Below are positions 26,701-37,312 of a DNA stretch of 64,000 nt, one piece after another. The notes beneath the pieces were generated by a model. It worked only from the letters and a program-made list of their open reading frames with translations, had not been told where the DNA came from and did no database searches. Each line of letters starts with the position of its first letter. Position 1 is the stretch's first letter. This DNA comes from Hormiphora californensis (lineage: Eukaryota; Animalia; Ctenophora): NCBI GenBank assembly GCA_020137815.1, contig CM035350.1, forward strand, positions 1,054,001 to 1,118,000, read 5' to 3'. The position numbers were made by a program, and so were the translations under genes.

Positions 26701-29700
26701 TGAAGTTTTATCATATTACAGCTAGGCTATTATTACAGCTATCTGCTATGTTTTAGTTGGGGTAGAATGTAGATCCCCAGTAACATGCGTAAACAACATT
26801 AAACAACACATACATTCCCATTTCCAGTGACGATGTCCAGAAGTGCTATTGTGGGAGTGAGAAGTGTAGGGGAACATTGGGCGAGAAACTCTCTGAGCTC
26901 GCACCCAAGGCCACAGATAGCCCCAAACCAGGGCGACCAGAGCGAACAGAGACAAAGAAGAAAGATACAGAGTCAGTGGAACAGGCCCTTGCTAAGATAA
27001 CCCGGACATCAGATGGTGGTCTGCTCTCCACAGATCATGCTTTGCAACTGAGTAGGCTGATGGTACAAACTGATGGAGTTGAACACAGGATTCTCATACT
27101 GAAAACACTGCAGGTATTTAAATTGTCGCGATACTAAATCACAACCCATCACCCAAATAACGTAGAATCCTAACCCACTACTATCTAGAGAACCAAGGAC
27201 CCGAGTGCACTGAAGAGGTTCCTAAGTTACCAAGGCCTCAATATTCTCTGGTCCTGGATGGTCGATGTCAGTGAGATACCTGCACGACAAAGGAACGAGT
27301 TCAAACAGGATATCATCTCTGTACTGACAAACCTGCCCATAGCTACCAAGAACGCCGTGGAAGATAGCAAAGTCATGAAGGTTAGTTAGTAATTTCATGA
27401 GAGAGTGAGGTCACCCACCCAGCGTGGTATTCCTTTATATATCCCCTCTCATTTTACAGGTGGTAAAGAAGTGGGTGGATGGGGAACAGAGTAGCAGCAA
27501 TTCATCACAAGCAGACAGTAGTGAGGAGTGTGCCCCAACAGACACTACTACTGAACAAGAGACAGACACAGAGGGAGACAAGGCAGTTGTGGACCAAGCC
27601 CAGATACTACTTGATAGTTGGGGTACACTAAAAGAGGTCTTCAAGATACCCAAGAAGGACAAGAAGGAGGGAGGTACGTTCCTAGGATCCAGACAAATAT
27701 TTCATTAATTTAGTTTCTTTACTAATAGTTTGTCCCTCTCTACAGGTGGACCTAAATCGTTCTCTCTTGGTGCGTTCCTGTCCTCCTATAACGACTCCTC
27801 TTCATCGCCCCCTCTCTCCAACTCCCCGGGGAAGAAGCCCCGACAAGAGGAGTTCCCAGAGAAGAGAGCCAGTTCCAGGGAGGGATCCTGGGATCACCTG
27901 GGCAGCAAGAGACGCAGGGATGGAGAGAGAGACAGCAGGGACAATAGGAAGAGACAATGTGACGAGAGGGAGAGGTCACGTGATAGGTCACGTGATAGAT
28001 CCCGTGAGAGAGATGACTACAGGTCCTCCTACTCAGATAGAAGGTCCCGGTTTGATGATAGGAGAGATGCTGGAGGAAGGTTCAACAGAGATCGGAGAGA
28101 TGGAGGAGGGGGGAGAAGGGACGATTATAGGTCACGAGATGATAGGGGTGATAGAGGAGGAAGGTTTGATAGCAGTGATAGGGGAGGAAGGTTTGACAGT
28201 AGGAGAGACAACTTCAATAACAGAGGCAGATCACCCCCACCCCATAGAGGCAGGGAGCCTGGTGTAGATGAGTTTGGTCGGAGTATAGAAAACAGACCCA
28301 AGGAGTTGTCTAAACCACCCAGGATGTCACGGTTCACTGATAAAACAGATGAAGATGAGAGACCACCCTCCCCTGACCAGCCCCCTCCAGAACCTGTAGT
28401 ACCAGAGAAAATGATGTCTCCAGCCCCCAAGGTGCCACCAATGAGGTATCCCCCGCCCCAATTCGAGGGGACCAGACCGCCCTGGTCTGGGAGGTTTCAA
28501 CCCCAGGGTGCAGGCTGGTGTCCCACCTATGTTCAGACCACCAGTTGGCAGGATGCCCGATCTGAGCAGCATGACCAGACCCCCTGGCATGGATCACCAA
28601 GAGTTCAATAAACCTCCCCCTGAACCCCGGGCACCCCTCATGAGGTACCGACCTGACACTAGACCACAACAGCCACCACGGTACGAATACAGGCCCCAAA
28701 CTAGACCATCTTGGAATACCCGGTATCAGGCCCCTCCACGGTTTATGGAAAGTAGACAGCAGGCCCCCAGAATGCCACTAGGTGCCACACCCCGCCTTGC
28801 CGCTGCTAGCCAACTAGGAGGGTTTGGACTCCAGCAGATGCAGCCCTTCCAGGCGGCTCAGCAGGCAGCGGCCCAGCAGGAATACTTTAAACATATTGCA
28901 GAACAGAACATGCAACAGAATATCCAGAACATGATGATGCCATCAGCAATCGCATTTGGAGGAGCTCATTTACAGGTATATAATCAGGTTTGAGGCAGTC
29001 AGGTTGTACAATAATTGTCGCGGCAGGTTCCTTCCCGCGCGGTGTATATTTGAGCTATCGCTAGTTTGAGGCGCGCTCCCAATGCTAAGCAGCAAGATGA
29101 CAGCACTTGCTGCACCACCGTCCCACAGCTGACACAGTACAAAACACAGCGGATAGCTGTCACAAACTCCACGCACAAACAAGAAATAGTTGATTGCAGA
29201 TACACTAGCAGCTAATACGTCATCTTTACAATAGGGTTCAATAAATCTCCCAGCAATCCTCTTCCTCCTCTCACTCACAGTAGTCCAATCTGTCTTCTTC
29301 ATCATTCCATGGAAGCTGTCATTTGAGTGTTCAGGGTGTGAGAGCGTCCCAGAGATATCCCTCCACTTCCTAGCACTGACACTTCCCCCACATATCACAT
29401 AGAGGGCGAGGAAGGTGGCCTCTACAGCGGGCGGGGGCTGCTTAAACGACTTGATAATGACAAGATCTCTACTGTATACATTTAGGCAATCTGCAAGAGC
29501 TCTCTCGGCAGCCATGCATGCAAACAACAAGTAACGTGTTATATCTCCTCTCTCAGGGTATGTTAGCGAGTAACGCGGCAGCACTGCAAACAGTGGCGTC
29601 TACTGCACAGCTTCCTGTGACTAAAGCAACACCATCTCCCAATCTTGCTACAATCTCTTGTGAGTAGGGACACAAAATATCAGGCTACCCAGTGAACCCC

Positions 29701-30696
29701 TTATCCCCGATATCTCACTCCTTCATCTCACTTCTTCTCTCTACCCCAGTGCACCCTTAGTAGTTAGTACACCTTTATGTCCTCGATACTAACTCTTTCT
29801 TCTCTCCTCCTCCAGTACCCCAGCACCACCCGCCTCCTCAACAACACCAGCAACATCAGCAGCATCAACCTGCCCTTCCAAAGGAGCCAGAACCGTTCAA
29901 AGCAGCCCGACCCCCTCCCACCGCTGCCCCTCCAAAACAGGAGGAGAAGAAGATGCCTCCCCACTGGAGAACAGCCAAGGATGCAGATGGGAAGACGTAT
30001 TATTATCATGCTATCACTAGGGAAACACAATGGGACCCCCCTGAGGAGCCAGGGAGCCGACCTGCTGTACCACCCGTTCAAAGTGAAACACCCGCCTCAC
30101 CAATGAAACCTGTAGTACAGCAGCAGCAGCAGCCACCCATACAGAGGGGCAGACCCAAAGAGAGCTTTGAGAGTCCCCAGAAACCACAAAAGGTAACAAC
30201 TACTAGAAAAAGTTTAGAACAGGTTTAGATGTAGTGTATAACTTCTTAGATTCGATGGTCCTAACAATTTGATCCCAATCAGATGGCTAAGAAAAGTGAG
30301 CCCCAGCCGGTTGCTCACAGCGTCGAGAAAGACATGGATCCGGCTGCTAAAAGGGCACTCAATGATTTCAAGGCCCAACTTGCCAAGGTGGTAGTGGGAG
30401 TGCTGGGAAAGTACAACAAAGTTGATTGTAATATTGGCCGCATCATGGACAGTAAAGACTTCAAATATCTTGCCAGAAAGGTAAACTCCCCCTCTTTTTG
30501 TCCCGAACCCTCTTGTGACATGTGGCCCTCTTCTAACACCTACCCCCTCTCTCAGCTGACACATGGTCTGACGGAGAAAGAGATGCAGCGCAAAGCTCCA
30601 GGAGAGTTGTGTGTTACGGACAGTCTTAAACAGAGAGTTAGGCAGTATATATCTAGTTATATGAGTAAGTTTGGTCCTATCTATCATCGGACGTAG
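23704..30696 (+). CDS. SETD2: Histone H3K36 methyltransferase SETD2/Set2
   Basis: Acidic N-terminus, AWS, SET (KGWGL...RFINHSCDPNCETQKW), post-SET CYCGSEKCRG, WW (PPHWRTAKDADGKTYYYH...TQWDPP) and SRI (DFKYLARKLTHG) domains across GT-AG exons. Confidence 0.93.
28970..29515 (-). CDS. Stand-alone dynein heavy chain stalk microtubule-binding-domain (MTBD)-like protein, nested antisense in a SETD2 intron
   Basis: ALADCLNVYSRDLVIIKSFKQPPPAVEATFLALYVI...W...L...F...D...DVLAASVSAINYFLFVRGV follows the dynein MTBD pattern; lies essentially within SETD2 intron 28976-29556. Confidence 0.65.
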   Translation of the reverse strand: MAAERALADCLNVYSRDLVIIKSFKQPPPAVEATFLALYVICGGSVSARKWRDISGTLSHPEHSNDSFHGMMKKTDWTTVSERRKRIAGRFIEPYCKDDVLAASVSAINYFLFVRGVCDSYPLCFVLCQLWDGGAASAVILLLSIGSAPQTSDSSNIHRAGRNLPRQLLYNLTASNLIIYL

Positions 30697-31185
30697 TTAG
30701 TCTGGGTGTGTATGTTTATGAGCGGGCATTTAATTTGAGATTCTGTATCTGTGTGTGCGTCTATGTGTAAGTACTTTTACTACCGGGGTTATACGAAAGA
30801 GAAAGTGTTCCCCTCATTTATCTAACGACAGTGTTATATTGCAAACCTCCCTTTTAGGAATGTATGCTTTCTTATTTTATAAACCCCATTAAACTGATTT
30901 GTTTAATTTGATTTTACAATGTGATGGGAACCAATGTGATCACAATGGGAACCAATGTGATCACAATGGGAAGTGGGAACCAGAATGTGACTTGATGAGT
31001 AAGGGGTCTCTGGCCCTCCCCTTACTCAAATTCACTACATTATCTCTTCGTGAACGAATGGAGGGCGCGAAGGTTTTATTCTTACGCTGCTGGATTCTGC
31101 GCGGCGCGAGTAAAAGTTTTCTCACAATCAAATTAAATCTGAAATTTCAACTCACAAACTTGTTTGCAGTTTCAAAAATCACGAG

Positions 31186-33684
31186 ATGGATCCGTTTCTT
31201 GTGAAAAAGATCCCTAAAGACACTGTTTCACGGCTTGAGGAGTTTGCTCTGTACCTCAGAGAAAGCAAGAAAGAGCGGAGATCATATGTCAGTGTCGTAA
31301 AAACTCTCAACGTTTTCAGAGTAAGTTGAAAACTCCTGCCAAAGTTCGATGAGTCTACTTTTCGGACTTCGGTCTCCCGCGAGAATAATGATATTGCACA
31401 CGATCAACAATTATTTTTCCTTGCAAAGCAGATACAGTTTGCAGTCAACTTTAATCCTGCATACTTCCACAGGACCTGATCTGTACTGCAGAGTGGGTTA
31501 CGGCCCGAGAGCTCATCAAGATCATCAAATGTTACTGTAAATACCTCCCACTGAGCCAAAGCAACGAAACCGATGTTAGCAACGTGGTACGGAGAATCCT
31601 CAAAATCATTCGAGAAGAGAATGCCGGCCCTGAAGCAACCAGTCTGGCTGATGGGATCTCAGCTTTCTTTAAATCGGACATGAAGCCCTCAAACCTAGGC
31701 AGGTTTGAATGCGCATGAGGGTGACTAGTTAATGATATATAGTGATTTATGTCAGGATAATATTGGAGAATAACACTGCCCCTCATCAGGTCGGACCTGC
31801 AAGACAATATCCTGAACAGTATAGTGGAACTGCTTGTTGAATTGGATACCAGCAAATCTAACATAATCAACATGGCTCTAGAACATATACACTCAAATGA
31901 GGTCAGTAGACAATCCTTCAAACTCCCTTTCTATAGCTCCCTTCTTTGGACCCCCCCCCCCTTTCGAGTTAAATAACAACCCGTTATCCAGTCATATTTT
32001 CAGCGAATCCTCACATACGGCCACTCCAACACGATACGAGATTTCCTGTTACATGGTCGGAGAGCCAGGAACTTTGAGGTGATTGTGTGTGAGAGTGGGC
32101 CCTCTCTCCAGGGACACAAGATGGCTGCTGAACTTAGTGAGGGAGGAATCAAAACTACAGTGATAGCTGACAGTGCTGCTTTTGCTATTATCCATGCAGT
32201 AAACAAGGTAAATCAATCTTGTTACACAGCGAACAATTTCCCCCTGAATCTAACTTGTAACTAGCCATCCCTGAATATCTCCATCTAAATGGTGTTGTGT
32301 TTTGCAGGTCATTATAGGAACCCATACAATCATGGCTGATGGTGCACTCCGGGCTACTAATGGGGTTCACCAGTTAGCAATGGCGGCCAAGTATTTCTCA
32401 GTCCCTGTTATAGTGTGTGCTGCACTCTACAAACTATCACCCACCCACCTGTGCTCCTATGATCCCGATGCGTTCAATAAGGTCATAGGGCCTGAGAACA
32501 TGCTGAACTTCAGTAACGCTAAACTACACTCCAAGGTTAGTGCTGAGTTAGTTGTTTTGTAACTACCATTGAGCGGGTATTGATTAGTGACATTTGTAGC
32601 CATGGTGATGAAGTTGATAGGACTGGGAGGGGGAACCAACTCAGGCAAGACAACACTCTGTACCCAACTATCTGCTGCCTTCCCTGGATCTATCCTGGTG
32701 TTTAACCAAGACAAGTATTTCAAGACCCTGGAGGAGGCAGAGAAGGTGTTCCCAGAGGGGGAGGTGAACTGGGAAACTTGCAATGCGCTACACATGGACC
32801 AGCTAGTAGAGGACGTGAAAAAGGCACGAGAGGAGAGGAAACACTCTATTATAATAGTTGAGGGGCATCTCGTCTTGTCCTACCCTCCCCTTTACAAACT
32901 ATTCAATAGGATGTTCTTTGTTACTCTGCCACTTGACATGGCTAAAACGCGACGTGACACCAGGACATATGATCCTCCCGATGGTCCGGGTTACTTTGAG
33001 AATGTTGTGTGGCCCATGTATAATGAGATATATGGGGAGGTCCGGCAAAATCCTGACCTTGATGTGACATTTCTGGATGCAACCGAACCGGATACCTGTT
33101 ACAACTTTTTAGAGCGTGTAGTAAAAAGCTATCTTGATTGAGATGAAGTTATCTAGCGGGAATTATTTACTTGAGGACTTAAAGGTTTTAGAAGGAGAAT
33201 GTAAACTGTTTTTTATGTGTGTAATTGTGCTTGTGATATGTTTTTAAATTTGATGGGTTCTCTCTTTAAAGTTTATCGACTTCATGGTGCTGTGTTCTTA
33301 GTTCCAACCTTCCCTTTAGTTCCAACCCTCCCTTTACAGGTGCTGATATCTAATCCTGATTTCGACTACGTGCCAAGTGATCTGATAGAGTTGTTTATCA
33401 CCAACACTGGTGGACATGCTCCCTCATACCTCTACAGAATCATATCAGGTACTGCACACCGCCTCTCCCAACTAGATTCATTGTACTAAATTGGTTCCTT
33501 TCCTCCTCACTCTACCCTGTTTTCCCAACCTCAGCTCTCTGAACACCATCAGTAACCACTAACCCCTCCCCCGCTAAGAGTTATAACACCCTTCATTAAC
33601 CTCTCTTCTCCCCCAGAGTTGTATCACCCTGACGACTACGACCTTGATAACATGTGTGTAGAAACTGTGGAGGATGAACTATGA
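31186..33684 (+). CDS. EIF2B2: Translation initiation factor eIF2B subunit beta
   Basis: VSNVVRRILKIIREE, ALEHIHSNE, VIVCESGP, IADSAAFAIIHAVNKVIIGTHTIMADGAL and [39 protein letters not shown]. Confidence 0.95.
32602..33141 (+). CDS. NMRK1: Nicotinamide riboside kinase (NRK/NMRK), intronless, nested on the same strand in an EIF2B2 intron
   Basis: LIGLGGGTNSGKTTL P-loop, QDKYFK, IIIVEGHL and RRDTRTYDPPDGPGYFENVVWPMY. Confidence 0.9.
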   Translation: MVMKLIGLGGGTNSGKTTLCTQLSAAFPGSILVFNQDKYFKTLEEAEKVFPEGEVNWETCNALHMDQLVEDVKKAREERKHSIIIVEGHLVLSYPPLYKLFNRMFFVTLPLDMAKTRRDTRTYDPPDGPGYFENVVWPMYNEIYGEVRQNPDLDVTFLDATEPDTCYNFLERVVKSYLD

Positions 33685-33812
33685 ATTTGATATTTTATTT
33701 TGTGTGTGTCTTATGATACGGATCTCTAATTCTTTCAATTACAGTGTTTTCCTATAATACATCTCACCACCCCAACTCCCTAAATAACCCCCATCTCTCT
33801 CTGTGTAGCATC

Positions 33813-34864
33813 ATGGCGGTGGAAGGTCGCACCGTGGCTCCCCCCGTTCGCAAAGTTATTATTCCACCCTGTGGTGCTATTCAACATTGTCGACAGCTTT
33901 CGAGAGGCGGAATGACAACTGTAAAAGAGTCATCGGAACCCTCATGGGTCGCTACGACAAGGGTGTTATCTACGTGACAGAGTCCTTTGCTGTCCTCACC
34001 AAGAGACTGATGAGGAGGTATCCATGGGGATGGATTATGCCATGAGAATCAGTGAGATGCAGAAGAAAGTTAACACGAACATGTACACGGTGGGGTGGTA
34101 CAGTAGTGGTATACAGATAAACGATTATAGCAGTCTCATCCACTCCTTCTACAAGGTCCAGTTCCCATCCCCCGTCCATCTAACTCTGGATACCGCTCTA
34201 AAGGTAACGTAACTTCAGTAATCTAAGGGTGGCTGATAACAGGTTTCGGGTCAGGTTTCATGTAACAGGTATCACGTAGCAGGGTGACAGGTAGTAGTGT
34301 TGTTCTTATCTAAACCTTTCCGTCTCAGGAGCAAAAGATGAAGATCAACACACACATCACCCTCCCTATTGGTGTGAAGAATGGAACTGAGGGGTGCATC
34401 TTTACCCCTGTCCCTCATGAAATCAAGGGATCGGAGGCTGACCAAGTGTGCCTGAAGTTCTTCCAGGGCCTCAAGGGAACCAGGAAAACGCCCAACTTCA
34501 ATGATCCAGAGCAGATAGTTCACAGTTGTGATGATATGATGACCCAAATCAATGTTATCTTGGGATACGTCAAACAGGTAACCATGGTAACCTACAAAAC
34601 ACACAATAATACTAATATGTAGCCTATAACACCACGTGGTAACCCCCTGCGTCCCTCCCACAGGTATCAGCTGGTGAGATGCCCATGGATAAGGAGGTGG
34701 GACGACAGTTGATGGAAGTAGTCCAGTCGATACCCAACCTGGAGTCGGATACCATTACCAACATGTTGAACTCTCACATGCAGGACTTATTAGCGGTGGA
34801 GTACTTGACGTATTTGACGAGACAGCAACTTGCCATTGGAGCCCGAATCAACCAGATTCTTTGA
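33813..34864 (+). CDS. EIF3F: Translation initiation factor eIF3 subunit F (MPN domain)
   Basis: HPVVLFNIVDSFERR...RVIGTLMG, VGWYS, SPVHLTLDT and NSHMQDLLAVEYL; three single-base indels in exon 1. Confidence 0.9.
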
Positions 34865-35031
34865 GGGAGTTTACATCTCTTTTAACATTCCTTGTTTTAT
34901 TTATTGAAGCCTTCCCCGGGAAACATCTTGAGTCTTGTTTCTATTAAACTCCGTGATTTTACTTGCCCCCCCCCCCCTCCGATACTACTTCAATACTGAA
35001 TAGAAGCTCAATATCTCTCACAGTTTAGGAC

Positions 35032-36568
35032 ATGGTATCTTGTGATGAAGATGATGATGAAATACCCTTTCTAATTCCAGCAGACAAACCTTCAATACCA
35101 GTCACCATAATAACAGGTAAACACACAATATCAAGATTAGAAACCACCCCCCCCCCCCCCCCCCCCGGATAATATTGAATACAACATTCTCCTTCTAGCC
35201 ATCCTTGAATACAACTCCCTCTCCTTCTAGGCTATCTAGGGGCGGGAAAGACAACACTACTGTCCTACATTCTGACAGAACAACATGGTAAAAAGATAGC
35301 AGTGATAGTGAACGAGTATGGGGAGGGAGAGGGAACGGAGCAGCCTGGAGCACTAGGTGTCGGAGAAGACAAGTAGGTAAGAGTTAACTCTTACAACTCG
35401 AGTTGTAGTTAGAGTTTTGGGGGAATGCTGCTCTCGGAGCTATATTGACACACGCCCTCCCTCCCTGATATAGATACGAGGAATGGTTAGAAATGAACAA
35501 TGGGTGTTTATGCTGTAGTGTGAAGTCTGACACGGTGATGGCACTTGAGAAACTTATGGAGAAGGCGGGGAAGTTTGATTACATTTTAATTGAAACCACC
35601 GGTTAGTAACTAACTTGTTGTTAAATGATCCAGTAGTAGCTACCTCCCCTTCTAGACAACTAACTTAGGTCATCTTGCCCTGTTAGTTCCCATTCTGAAC
35701 TCTCTCCCAGGTTTGGCTGATCCAGGAAATATTGGCCAGACATTCTGGGTGGATGAGGGTCTATCTCAGCTATATCTAGATGGTATAGTGACCATGGTAG
35801 ATACTCACAACTTCGCCCGGACTAAGAAAGAAAGTAGGGGCAGTGAGTTTGGGAGACAGATCGCACTGGCTGATGTTGTGATTCTCAACAAGATGGACAT
35901 GGTGGATCAGATGACAAGGAATCAGGTTGCAGCTGATATCAGATCCATGAATAGTGCGTGTATAGTACAGTTCACAGACCACAGCAGAGTGAACCTGGAT
36001 GGGATATTGGGAATTCAGGCTTACACCAGTGTACCCCCTCCTAGGTAAGATATTTCCAGGGAAACTATTTTCCTGAAGATCCCTGTGACACCAAGTGTAT
36101 TGACACATACCTCTCACCAGTACTGTGAAACATGAGATGTCAGAAGGTATCTCAACTATAACTCTCACTACGGAGAAAGTGTTGTGTAGGGAGGATCTTG
36201 AAAACTCCCTCCAATCCCTTCTGTGGGCCGAACAGCCTGAAACTGCCTCTGATAATAACCGGTCAGTTGATTGTACCAATTGTTTATCAAGATGTAGATT
36301 TTTCAGCAAAATTCCCCAATACTTGTGTTCCAACTCCCCCCCCCCCTATTTCAGATCACACGGTGCTGCTGATAGTGATGATATGGTGATCCTGAGAATG
36401 AAGGGTCGAGTACACACTGAGGATGGGTGGTTCATGGTACAGGGTGTAAGAGATCTGTACGAGCTCACACCGATACCTGATCCAGAGTCCCAACAACATC
36501 TTATCTTTATCGGATCACATCTCGACTCTCAGAGACTCCAAAATGTCACTAAAATGTATCCGAGATGA
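35032..36568 (+). CDS. ZNG1: Zinc-regulated GTPase metallochaperone ZNG1/CBWD (COG0523)
   Basis: [49 protein letters not shown] and CobW-C ILRMKG...VQGVRDLY. Confidence 0.92.
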
Positions 36569-36933
36569 TTTATTGTTTTATAGTTGGAGGATTTATTTGT
36601 GAACGGGTTTGCTAAATAAAGTGCGATTTTTAATAATGCGAACCGGGGGCGCGCATTAATAATAACATAATTCCATTTGCGCGTGCTAAATCCGGTTCCT
36701 GATAAGATAGAGACTTTTCATTAGTCGCATTAGAAAGATACAGTTTTTTTCTTTTCAACGCACCCAGGATCAAGTCTTTATCTTATCAGGAGCCAGAGAT
36801 ATGATCAAAACAACCGACAAAAAACTTTCCCACGGTGCGTGGGAATTTTTTGCGGTTCGCTTTATTAAAAATCGGACTTTATTTATGTTTTAATCTCCCG
36901 ATATACCTCTAACCTCTACCCCCGTAATTAGCG

Positions 36934-37274
36934 ATGTTCTTGGCTCGGCAACACGCCGCCTTACTGCCCAAGCATGCTGCTGGCATCGCCTCTCTGCCCA
37001 ATGCCATCATTACGAGGATCGCGGGACGGTTCAAGACCGAGGAGGAGTACAAGCCTCATGTAGACCTCGAATTGGAGCAGAAATACGATGTGCCCATCCA
37101 CGAGTTGTTGAGCAGGCTGCCCGTGGGTAGCAGTGAGGGAGCCATGGTGATGGAACAATATGTGGGACATATCCCCTGTAATGGAGCCCTCGCACCAACG
37201 GTATAAACCACCTTATATCATGTACAATAATATCTTTGCTACTCGTCCTCTCTCTCTCTCCTCTCCTCTCTCTC

Positions 37275-37312
<38 letters not shown>

